Shown here: in pieces, positions 9,231-18,070 of the stretch | Numbering within the stretch: the first letter of the stretch is position 1 | How the letters are laid out: each line of letters starts with the position of its first letter | Translations under genes and position numbers: made by a program | The notes under the pieces: model-generated | What the model was told of the DNA's origin: nothing | Seen by the model: the letters and a program-made list of their open reading frames with translations, nothing else | Databases searched by the model: none | NCBI GenBank assembly: GCA_048886685.1 | Contig: JBHLKM010000015.1 | Coordinates: 32,001-96,000, forward strand | Direction of reading: 5' to 3' | DNA from: Candidatus Hodarchaeota archaeon | GTDB taxonomy: Archaea; Asgardarchaeota; Lokiarchaeia; Sigyniarchaeales; SOKP01 | Length of the DNA: 64,000 bases

Positions 9231-12200
9231 ATGGTAGAAATGAATAAAGAAATAGAAGATTACTTTGTTTCAATTCAAAATCGAGTAGATCAATGTTATG
9301 CAATCGCTGAAGAAGCCCGTAGTAAAGGTTTTGATCCAGAGAAATATGTAGAATGTCCTCAAGCAAGGGATTTAGCTGGGAGAGTTGAAAAATTAGTTGG
9401 TCCAGAAGGTATTGCTGAAGTAATAAGAAATTTGAAGAAACACGGACTAACTGATGATGAAATTGTTTTTAAAGTAGTTACTGACATATTAGATAAAAAA
9501 GTTGGAAATATTGAATCACTAGAAGAACGTGTAGAAAGAGCTATAAGAGCAGGATTAGCAATAAAAACGATGGGTGTAGTGAGTGCCCCACTTGAAGGAA
9601 TTTCCAAGATTTTAATACGAGAAGATCAATTCGGTAAGAAATATTTATCTTTATTCTTTGCTGGTCCAATAAGAGCTGCAGGAGGGACAACTACCGCTCT
9701 CTGCGTACTGATTGCTGATTATGTTAGAAAGAAATCAAATATTCCAAAATATGAAGCTACTGAAGCAGAAATCGGAAGATATGTAGAAGAGATAAAACTT
9801 TATGATAGAAACGTTCATTTGCAATATCCTTCTTCAAATCGTGAGATAAGATACGCTGTTAAAAATTTACCAATTGAAATTAATGGTGATGCAACTGAGT
9901 TTGAAGAAGTATCTGCTTTTAGAGACTTACCTAGAATTGAGACGAATAACATACGGGGTGGGGCATGCCTAGTTTTAAATGATGGGATCTTACTAAAAGC
10001 GCCAAAACTTCTGAAAATTGCTAGGGCTATGAATATAGAAGGATGGGATTGGTTAGATGGCTTAAAAAAAATTTCCCAAAAAGAAGAGTCCGAAAAGAGT
10101 CATCCGGATAATCTGAAAGATAAAAAGGAAGTGGTTGAATTTATACCACCAAATTCTAAATATGTTGCTGATATTATTGCTGGCAGACCTGTATTTGGTG
10201 ATCCATCTGAAATTGGAGGTCATAGAGTAAGATACGGGAGATCTCGGAATACTGGATTGGCAGCAGGAGGAATGCACCCTGCAACTATGGGTATTTTAGA
10301 TGATTTTGTGGCCATTGGCACACAGCTTAGAATTGAAAGACCTGGTAAGAGTACAAGCATTTGTCCTGTTAGTGTTATTGAACCACCAATTGTAAAATTA
10401 AAAAATGGGAATATTATTAGAGTTACTTCATATAAAATGTCTAAACAAGTATTTCCGGATATTGAATCAATATTATTTCTTGGAGATATTCTTTTTGGAT
10501 TTGGAGAATTTGCTGAGAATAATCATAAATTAATTCCTTCTGGCTATGTAGAAGAATGGTGGAGTTTAGATTTAAAAAAAGCCATTAAAAATGAAAAAAA
10601 TGTTAATTCTAGGCTTCTAGAATTAATAGAGAATCCTTTCACCCTTCAACCAAGTGCAGAAGAAGCTATTAATTTATCTCACGAGTATAACATCCCCTTA
10701 CATCCTTTTTTCACCGATTTTTGGGGTAATATTTCAATTGAAGAACTCTATACGTTAAGAAAAGCCTTCGTTAGCGGTTTTTCGGATATAGAGAAAAAAA
10801 TAATTTTAACTTACAATGAAGAAATTAAAAATATTCTCGAAAAAGCATTTATCATTCACCAAGTTAAAGAAAACAAAATAGTCTTTAGCAAGAGGATGAA
10901 TATTATCTATGCAGAAATATTTAAGCTAGAAGATAAGAAACAAATCAAATTTGATAAGGGTGATAGTGTTTTTTCATTTTTGAATAAGATTTCTTCAATT
11001 AAAATTAAGAATAAAGCACCTCATTTCATTGGATCTCGCATGGGAAGACCAGAAAAATCTGAAAGAAAAAGTATGAAAGGAGTTCATGCATTATTTCCTT
11101 TAAGTGATAAAGTTGGAAGCTCGAGATCAGTAGAAAAGGCACTTGAACTTCAAAAAGTAAAGATAGATGTGTGTAGAAAAAGGTGTCCGAAATGTGGTAC
11201 GATAAGTATATTTAATACTTGTCCAAAATGTTCTACACACACAGAATTGGGATCAATTTGTGAGAAATGTAAAAAATTATACCCTCCTAGCGAACCAAAA
11301 AATGAGGAAAGATGTCCTCAATGTAATGGAAGGTTGAAGGCATCTAATGAAGCAATTTTTAATCTTGAAAATCATATTAATTCAATTTTAAGAACTTTAC
11401 AATTACCTCTTCCAAAAAAGTTAAAAGGTATTTACGGGTTGACTAATCAGTTTAAAGTTCCTGAACCTTTAGAAAAAGGCATTTTGAGAGCTAAAAACGA
11501 TGTTTTAGTATATAAGACTGCTGAAATAAGATATGATGCTACTGATATACCTTTATCCCATTTTATGCCAGAAGAAATTGGGATATCAATTAAACAACTT
11601 AAAGAGTTGGGCTATAGTTATGATTATAAAGGAGAGCTTTTAACTCATGACAAACAAATTGTAGAACTAAGAGTGCAAGATGTAATTCTTTCAGATGATT
11701 GCGCTAACTATTTTATTAAAGTAACAAATTTCTTGGACGATGAGTTAGAATATTTTTATAGGATGGATCGTTTTTATAATATTTCTAAAAGAGAAGATCT
11801 GATTGGACATTTAGTCGTGGGTTTAGCACCACATACTAGTGCGGGGATAATTGGACGCATAATAGGATTTAGCCCTGCAAGATCTATTTATGCTCATCAT
11901 TTTTGGCATGCTGCAAAAAGAAGAAACTGTGATGGGGATGAAGACGGAATTATGTTATTATTAGATCCTCTTCTAAATTTTTCACGACATTATTTACCAA
12001 ATAAAATTGGGGGTAGAATGGATGCAACCTTAGTAATTTCATCAATATTAGATCCAAATGAAATAGATGTTGAAGCTCATAATGTAGATGTAATGTTTAG
12101 ATATCCTTTAGAATTTTATGAGGCTACTGAAATTTATTCAATGCCGTCTGAAATTGAGGAAGTTATGGATTTAGTTAAGGATCGTCTGACAACACCAGAA

Positions 12201-12686
12201 CAATATGAAAATCTTGGATATAATATTCCTACAGAAAATATAACGGAAGGTCCTAAAACTACAGCATATAAATTATATGAATCTATAGATGACAAAATAG
12301 ATGCACAATTACATCTGGGAAAAATCATTAGGGCTGTTGATGTAAGAAAAGTTGCAGAGAAAATATTAGCAACTCATTTTAATCCCGACATTTTAGGAAA
12401 TCTAAGAAAGTTTAGTGTACAGGAATTTAGGTGTGTTAAATGCAATTCAAAATATCGAAGACCGCCCATTTCAAATGCAGGAAAATGTCCTAAATGTGGA
12501 AATAAAATAATATTAACTGTAAATCGTGGAGGAATTGAAAAGTATATTCCTAGAGCTTTAAAGCTTTGTAAGAATTTTAATTTAGATGAGTATACTGTTC
12601 AAAGAATGGAATTAATTGAAGAATATGTAGAGAGTTTAACTAACAATCCAAAGATTAAGCAATATAAATTAGGCGACTTCTTCTAG
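9231..12686 (+). CDS. polC: DNA polymerase D large subunit DP2
   Basis: AGPIRAAGGT, RYGRSRNTG, RMGRPEK, HAAKRRNCDGDED, zinc ribbons and C-terminal PIP box QYKLGDFF. No intein. Confidence 0.98.
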   Translation: MVEMNKEIEDYFVSIQNRVDQCYAIAEEARSKGFDPEKYVECPQARDLAGRVEKLVGPEGIAEVIRNLKKHGLTDDEIVFKVVTDILDKKVGNIESLEERVERAIRAGLAIKTMGVVSAPLEGISKILIREDQFGKKYLSLFFAGPIRAAGGTTTALCVLIADYVRKKSNIPKYEATEAEIGRYVEEIKLYDRNVHLQYPSSNREIRYAVKNLPIEINGDATEFEEVSAFRDLPRIETNNIRGGACLVLNDGILLKAPKLLKIARAMNIEGWDWLDGLKKISQKEESEKSHPDNLKDKKEVVEFIPPNSKYVADIIAGRPVFGDPSEIGGHRVRYGRSRNTGLAAGGMHPATMGILDDFVAIGTQLRIERPGKSTSICPVSVIEPPIVKLKNGNIIRVTSYKMSKQVFPDIESILFLGDILFGFGEFAENNHKLIPSGYVEEWWSLDLKKAIKNEKNVNSRLLELIENPFTLQPSAEEAINLSHEYNIPLHPFFTDFWGNISIEELYTLRKAFVSGFSDIEKKIILTYNEEIKNILEKAFIIHQVKENKIVFSKRMNIIYAEIFKLEDKKQIKFDKGDSVFSFLNKISSIKIKNKAPHFIGSRMGRPEKSERKSMKGVHALFPLSDKVGSSRSVEKALELQKVKIDVCRKRCPKCGTISIFNTCPKCSTHTELGSICEKCKKLYPPSEPKNEERCPQCNGRLKASNEAIFNLENHINSILRTLQLPLPKKLKGIYGLTNQFKVPEPLEKGILRAKNDVLVYKTAEIRYDATDIPLSHFMPEEIGISIKQLKELGYSYDYKGELLTHDKQIVELRVQDVILSDDCANYFIKVTNFLDDELEYFYRMDRFYNISKREDLIGHLVVGLAPHTSAGIIGRIIGFSPARSIYAHHFWHAAKRRNCDGDEDGIMLLLDPLLNFSRHYLPNKIGGRMDATLVISSILDPNEIDVEAHNVDVMFRYPLEFYEATEIYSMPSEIEEVMDLVKDRLTTPEQYENLGYNIPTENITEGPKTTAYKLYESIDDKIDAQLHLGKIIRAVDVRKVAEKILATHFNPDILGNLRKFSVQEFRCVKCNSKYRRPPISNAGKCPKCGNKIILTVNRGGIEKYIPRALKLCKNFNLDEYTVQRMELIEEYVESLTNNPKIKQYKLGDFF

Positions 12687-12724
12687 TTCATTTTTTTCCT
12701 AAAGAGATTATGATAATACAAAAT

Positions 12725-12876
12725 TGCAGGAGGTGGGATTTTCGAGAGAGATCAATATGATCTTTTATCAATATTCGAACCCACGAAGACCTATGTCACT
12801 AGAGCCTCAGTCTAGCGCCGCTGACCGCTTGCTCAAATTAATGAACTAAGCTTAGACCAGGCTTGGCAACTCCTGC
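12725..12876 (-). tRNA. tRNA-Leu(GAG) with two non-canonical introns (D-loop ~12821-12852; T-loop ~12739-12773)
   Basis: Acceptor stem GCAGGAG/CTCCTGC-A, anticodon arm CTAGA-CTGAGGC-TCTAG, long variable arm and T arm GTGGG-TTCGAAT-CCCAC. Removing 32 nt and 35 nt inserts with BHB-like pairing gives 85 nt. Confidence 0.9.
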
Positions 12877-13172
12877 TTTATATTAGTTTGTTTATACTTT
12901 TTCTCTAAATATAAAAAAACAAATAATATAGGTGCTATTGAATTTAGATAATGTAGACAATTTTTAAAATCTTTTTTCTTCATTATTAGTAATTACTGTT
13001 TTAAATAATAAACGCGATTTTAGCTTCATGGTCTACTTAATTTTTTAAACTAAATCTGTGATGAAGGATTATCGTTTTCTATAAATTTTTAAGATAAACT
13101 TATTATATTAAATATTAAATCTTAGTTATATTATAATGCATTTAAAATCAAATTACTGAGGTTAATATATTC

Positions 13173-14186
13173 ATGTCGGTTGATCGTGATAAACTAGAGG
13201 CACTGTTGAAGTGGTATAAGCAAGAAATAGGAAAAAATTTGATTGCTGCTATTATTGTAAATAGAGAAGGATTAGTAATGGCAGCTTTAAAAGGGGAGTC
13301 TGAAACAGAAGTGGAAGAAGATATAATTGGGGGTGTTAGTGCATTAGTAGAACCTGTTCTAACTAGGATCACTGAAGAATTTAGTTCGGGTGCTTTCGGA
13401 ACAGGTACATTTGATACAGAAGAACATCGGATTATTTTTTGCGAAGCAGGACTTGAAGCGATTTTTGTTACTGTCTTAGATTCAATTGCTATGGTTGATC
13501 CAATTTTTCCATATGCCTATTTAGCTGCAGAGAAGATCGCTCGAATATTTGATGGAAGACCAGTAAGTCCTGTAATTCCAAAACTTATTTTAGACCAAAA
13601 TGTTCAAAATATTGAAAGAAAAGTGGATAAACTTCAAAAAATTAAGATACAATCAGGAGAATACGCATATAAACTAATTTTAGGGGGTGAAGGAGGAGTA
13701 GGTAAAACAAGCATGGTTCACCGTTTTGTTGAAAATTCATTTCAAACGGATTATAAATCTACGATAGGGACATCAATAATGAAAAAAGAATGTGATTTTG
13801 AAGGATTAGAATCAAAAGTCCGTTTTGTTCTTTGGGATTTGGCGGGACAAGCACAATTTAAACGTGTAAGACAATCTTATTTATCTAATGCTGAAGCTGG
13901 TATTTTGGTCTATGATGTGACTCGTAAAGAGACTTTTGATAGTACAGAAAATTGGTTTAATGAAATAAAAGACATTTCACCGGCAATTTCTTTAATCTTA
14001 GTGGGAAATAAAATAGATCTGAAAGAAGAGAGAGTTATTTCTACTGAGGCTGGAGAGGAGCTGGCAAAAAAATTAAATCTTTCATATATTGAAACATCAG
14101 CTAAAACAGGCGAAAACATCAATGATGCATTTAAAATGCTTGCTTTACAAATTATAAAACGATATGTTTTTACGGAAGAAGTGTAA
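13173..14186 (+). CDS. Roadblock-domain / Rab-like small GTPase fusion
   Basis: N-terminal roadblock (AAIIVNREGLVMAA), then G1 GEGGVGKT, G2 TIG, G3 WDLAGQ, G4 NKID and G5 ETSAK. Confidence 0.9.
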   Translation: MSVDRDKLEALLKWYKQEIGKNLIAAIIVNREGLVMAALKGESETEVEEDIIGGVSALVEPVLTRITEEFSSGAFGTGTFDTEEHRIIFCEAGLEAIFVTVLDSIAMVDPIFPYAYLAAEKIARIFDGRPVSPVIPKLILDQNVQNIERKVDKLQKIKIQSGEYAYKLILGGEGGVGKTSMVHRFVENSFQTDYKSTIGTSIMKKECDFEGLESKVRFVLWDLAGQAQFKRVRQSYLSNAEAGILVYDVTRKETFDSTENWFNEIKDISPAISLILVGNKIDLKEERVISTEAGEELAKKLNLSYIETSAKTGENINDAFKMLALQIIKRYVFTEEV

Positions 14187-14190
14187 TTAG

Positions 14191-14292
14191 AGCCTCTGGG
14201 GGGAATTGAACCCCCGATCTACAGATTACGAATCTTTAACATTTTCATCAAAATGAATTTAAATGTTGCTGTAACCACTAAGCTACAGAGGC
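14191..14292 (-). tRNA. tRNA-Thr(CGT) with 29 nt intron in the anticodon stem (~28/29; 14236-14264)
   Basis: GCCTCTG/CAGAGGC-T acceptor stem. ACAGA-TTCGTAA-TCTGT is restored after intron removal. T arm GGGGG-TTCAATT-CCCCC; central helix AGCA/TGTT. Confidence 0.9.
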
Positions 14293-14602
14293 AGACTATC
14301 ATTTTTATCCAAAATCAATATATTGTAATATTCTATTAAAAAAAAATTTTAGTCATATTTTAGTTTTAATACTAAAATCTAAAGATAAAATTTAACGATT
14401 TAAAATCATATAAAGCCTATATTTCTTCATCTGCCTCTTTTTCATTAAGATTGTCTTGAAATTCAATCAATTAAAATCACAAGTATTTATTCGATATTTT
14501 GATAAGAAATGAATTGAAAGTATTTAAAGAAAAATACGGAAAAATATTAGTAAGTGTATTCTTTTAAACATATGTAAATTAAAAAATTTTAAATTTTATC
14601 TT

Positions 14603-15628
14603 ATGGATACCAATCTTCAGGTAGGAAATCTTGGAGAAAATAAATTAATAGAACTTATTGAAGATTTGATATTAGAAAAAACTGGAAAAGTTTTATTAAG
14701 CGATGATTCTTTTTTTTTCAGCCCTAAAAGCGAAAATTTGGATGATATATTAGTTTTGAATTCAGATATGTTAGTTGCTACTACTGACGTTCCACCCCTA
14801 ATGAATTTCTATCAAATTGGAAAGAAATCAGTAATAATGAATATTAGTGATTTACTAGTTAAAGGTGTTGAACCTAAGGGAATAGTTATATCCTTAGGCT
14901 TACCAAAGGAACTTAAAAAAGTAAATTTCATTGAAATTATAAATGGGATAATCGAGTGTTCAATGAAATTTAATCTTGGATATATTGGAGGAGATATTAA
15001 TGAAACAAAAGAATTAATAATAAATCCTACAGTATTTGGTTTCAAAAATCCATCAGAGATCATTTTTCGAAAGGGGATAAATATAGATGATATTTTGGTT
15101 GTTAATAATAAATTTGGATTAACTGGTGTAGGATTTGACATTCTTTTAAACAGAAACGGAGATTTAGAAAGCTTTCCAAATTATAAAAGATCTATTATGA
15201 GTGTATTAGAACCTGATATCTCTGGAAATGAGGCATTAATTTTATCGGAGAGAAAGTTAGCAACTTCAAGTATAGATTCATCAGACGGATTGTCAAAATC
15301 TTTACTTGATCTAATGATATCAAATCCCAATTTAGGATTCGAAATTGCTTTTAATGAAAATCTAATCGCCCCGGAAGCCATAACCTATTCTCAAGAATTC
15401 AATCTCCCCTTGGAAAATCTCATATTCAATGGGGGTGAAGAATTTATTCACATATTTACGATACCTGAAAAAAATTTCTCCAAGGCAAAAAAAGAAATAC
15501 AAATAACAGGTGGAAAACTTTTTAAAATTGGAAAGGTAATATATGGAGAAAATATATATATCTTAAAACACAATAAAAGAAGTGAATTAAAAACCTATGG
15601 ATTTGAGCATTTCCATAAAAAAGCTTAA
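14603..15628 (+). CDS. thiL: Thiamine-monophosphate kinase
   Basis: LGENKLI, DD, NISDL, GGDIN, DSSDGL and GGEEF motifs. Confidence 0.88.
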   Translation: MDTNLQVGNLGENKLIELIEDLILEKTGKVLLSDDSFFFSPKSENLDDILVLNSDMLVATTDVPPLMNFYQIGKKSVIMNISDLLVKGVEPKGIVISLGLPKELKKVNFIEIINGIIECSMKFNLGYIGGDINETKELIINPTVFGFKNPSEIIFRKGINIDDILVVNNKFGLTGVGFDILLNRNGDLESFPNYKRSIMSVLEPDISGNEALILSERKLATSSIDSSDGLSKSLLDLMISNPNLGFEIAFNENLIAPEAITYSQEFNLPLENLIFNGGEEFIHIFTIPEKNFSKAKKEIQITGGKLFKIGKVIYGENIYILKHNKRSELKTYGFEHFHKKA

Positions 15629-15740
15629 GATAGTAATGGTTAGTTATAGTTTCTTCAAAAATTAAAGAAGAGGCACTCTATTAAATAAAATTTTTATATT
15701 ATCATTGATTTATTGCATATACCTTCCATACTTTCATTAT

Positions 15741-15844
15741 GGGCTATTGGCGCAGGCAGGTAGCGCAACAGGCTTTTAACCTGAAATTTGTGAGGGGTCC
15801 TCTCATGAATAGGAAGGTCAGGGGTTCAATTCCCCTATAGCCCG
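15741..15844 (+). tRNA. tRNA-Lys(TTT) with 30 nt intron in the variable region (~44/45; 15786-15815)
   Basis: GGGCTAT/ATAGCCC-G acceptor stem, GCGC D stem, CAGG-CTTTTAA-CCTG and AGGGG-TTCAATT-CCCCT. BHB: helix CCTG/TAGG, 3 nt bulges, intron hairpin TTTGTGAG/CTCATGAA. Confidence 0.9.
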
Positions 15845-15991
15845 TACATAATATACACATTCTATAGATGAGAAGAAATTACTTTTTTACCGAGATTTTA
15901 AATCTGGATATAATTAAACCATTTTTTAAGTAATGTTTATGAAATTTCAAATTTTATAATTACATAAAGAGTTCCCTCACAATTTTCAAGT

Positions 15992-16996
15992 ATGGCATTT
16001 AAAGAATTTAAATTACCTTCTGACGAACCTGAGCAATTATTAGTTAAATCTCAAGATATTACCAATCCAAATTATGGATGTGAACCAGAAAGTAGGACCA
16101 TAACAAATCTTTTACAGTATGGAGTAATAAATTTGGATAAACCAAGTGGTCCAACTAGTCACGAAGTGGTATCTTGGGTTCGTAAAATTTTAGGTATCTC
16201 AAATGCAGGACATGGAGGCACTTTAGATCCTAAAGTTACTGGGGTATTACCCTGTGCTCTTGGAAGAGCTACACGAGCTTTATCATCGTTATTGAATGCT
16301 GGTAAAGAATATATAGGAGTGCTTTATCTACATTCTCCCGAAAAATTGATGAGAATTGAAAAAATATTTAAATTATTCACCGGAAAGATTTATCAAAGAC
16401 CTCCCCTAATATCATCAGTAGCGAGAAAACTTAGAGTCAGAGAAATATATTATAGCCAAGTTATTGAAGTGAAAGACAATCATGTTTTATTTAGAATAGG
16501 ATGTGAAGCAGGAACTTATATACGTAAATTATGTTTTGATATTGGAGAAGCTCTCTGTTCTGGTGCCCATATGTTAGAGCTGCGAAGAACTCGAGTTGGA
16601 AAATTTACAGAGAACAATAATCTAGTTACACTCCAAAATCTAAAGGACGCCTATACAGTTTATCAAATGGAGAACGACGATTATTATTTAAAAAAGATCA
16701 TTTTTCCAATGGAAAAAATGGTTTCCCATTTACCAAAAATCTATATTCGAGATACTGCTGTTGATGCTATATGCCATGGTGCAGATTTAGCTTCGGCGGG
16801 TATATGCCATATTGATGCTAGAATAAAACCTAACATGCTAGTTGCCATAATGACCTTGAAAAAAGAATTAATTGGATTTGGTACTTCACTAAAAAACGCT
16901 ATGCAAATGTATAAAGCTAAATCAGGAATATTAGTAAAAACAAATAAAGTTTTTATGGAGAGGGGAATATACCCTCGGTGGAATGAAAAAAAATAG
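15992..16996 (+). CDS. cbf5: H/ACA pseudouridine synthase Cbf5 (TruB family)
   Basis: LDKPSGPTSHEV, GHGGTLDPKVTG, CEAGTYIR and a PUA domain. Confidence 0.96.
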   Translation: MAFKEFKLPSDEPEQLLVKSQDITNPNYGCEPESRTITNLLQYGVINLDKPSGPTSHEVVSWVRKILGISNAGHGGTLDPKVTGVLPCALGRATRALSSLLNAGKEYIGVLYLHSPEKLMRIEKIFKLFTGKIYQRPPLISSVARKLRVREIYYSQVIEVKDNHVLFRIGCEAGTYIRKLCFDIGEALCSGAHMLELRRTRVGKFTENNNLVTLQNLKDAYTVYQMENDDYYLKKIIFPMEKMVSHLPKIYIRDTAVDAICHGADLASAGICHIDARIKPNMLVAIMTLKKELIGFGTSLKNAMQMYKAKSGILVKTNKVFMERGIYPRWNEKK

Positions 16997-17024
16997 AAAG
17001 ATTAATTTTTGACTGTTTACTACC

Positions 17025-17660
17025 ATGGAAAATAATAATCAACACTATTATAGTGAATTTCCCGACGTAGGAGTTAAAGTTTATACAATTTCTGAAAGTC
17101 TGAGAAGGCATCTTTACATTTTTAAAACAATTACGGGAGTATTTTCTTTCCGTAAAATAGATTTAGGTACGAAAATTTTGATTGAACATATGGTTATTCC
17201 TAAGGAGCCTAGTGTTCTGCTTGATTTAGGGTGTGGATATGGACCCATTGGCATTGTTTTAGGTTTTGAATCACCACATAGTCTAGTGTATTTAATAGAT
17301 ATTAATAAACATGCTATTTGGTGTGCTAAAGAAAACATTAAAATTAATATAAATAGAGATAAAAAAAGGGTATTTACATTATCTGGAAATTATTTTGAAC
17401 CTATCAAGAATAAGAAACTAACCTTTAATGAAATTTACATGAATCCTCCTCTACGACAAGGTAGAAAAGAGTTTTTGGATTTGTTTGAAATTATTCCGAA
17501 ATATTTAAAATCGGAGGGTTCTTTTCAATTTGTAATCAAAAAGAAAATGGGAGCACCTCATATTCTTAATTTTATTAGCAAAAGTTATCCAGATAATGAT
17601 ATTGAGATAATTTGTAAAAGAAGTGGTTATTGGGTTTTTAGATTTTTTCAAGTTAATTAA
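17025..17660 (+). CDS. RsmC-like class I SAM-dependent methyltransferase
   Basis: GVFS..IDLGT, LDLGCGYGPIG and NPP motifs. Confidence 0.88.
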   Translation: MENNNQHYYSEFPDVGVKVYTISESLRRHLYIFKTITGVFSFRKIDLGTKILIEHMVIPKEPSVLLDLGCGYGPIGIVLGFESPHSLVYLIDINKHAIWCAKENIKININRDKKRVFTLSGNYFEPIKNKKLTFNEIYMNPPLRQGRKEFLDLFEIIPKYLKSEGSFQFVIKKKMGAPHILNFISKSYPDNDIEIICKRSGYWVFRFFQVN

Positions 17661-17768
17661 AATAAATTCAACCTTCATAAGTCATTTAAAAAAAGAAGAA
17701 AATTGGTAAAATTTTTTAGAAATGTATAATTTCTATAATTATAAATCGTCATATAAGAGGATTTTTCC

Positions 17769-18026
17769 TTGACTAAGAAAAAAAGAATAGACGTCTTATT
17801 ACATAAGTTTGTTCCTAAACATCTTCTTTTAACTAAAGAAGAATCTCAAGAACTCTTAGAAAAATATAAAATAGAATTAACGGATTTACCTCAAATATTT
17901 GAAAAAGATCCAGTTGCGATTGCTATTGGAGCAAAGGAGGGAGATATTGTAAAAATAATCCGAGATTCGCACACAACGGTAAGAAGCATAGACTACTTTC
18001 GCTATGTTAAAAAAGAAAAAGGATAA
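17769..18026 (+). CDS. rpoH: RNA polymerase subunit Rpo5 (H)
   Basis: HKFVPKH, LPQI...DPV and GDIVKIIR motifs. Confidence 0.96.
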   Translation: MTKKKRIDVLLHKFVPKHLLLTKEESQELLEKYKIELTDLPQIFEKDPVAIAIGAKEGDIVKIIRDSHTTVRSIDYFRYVKKEKG

Positions 18027-18070
18027 TATGATTTTTTTATTGGTTTTTATTTAAAATTTGTAAGGGATGA

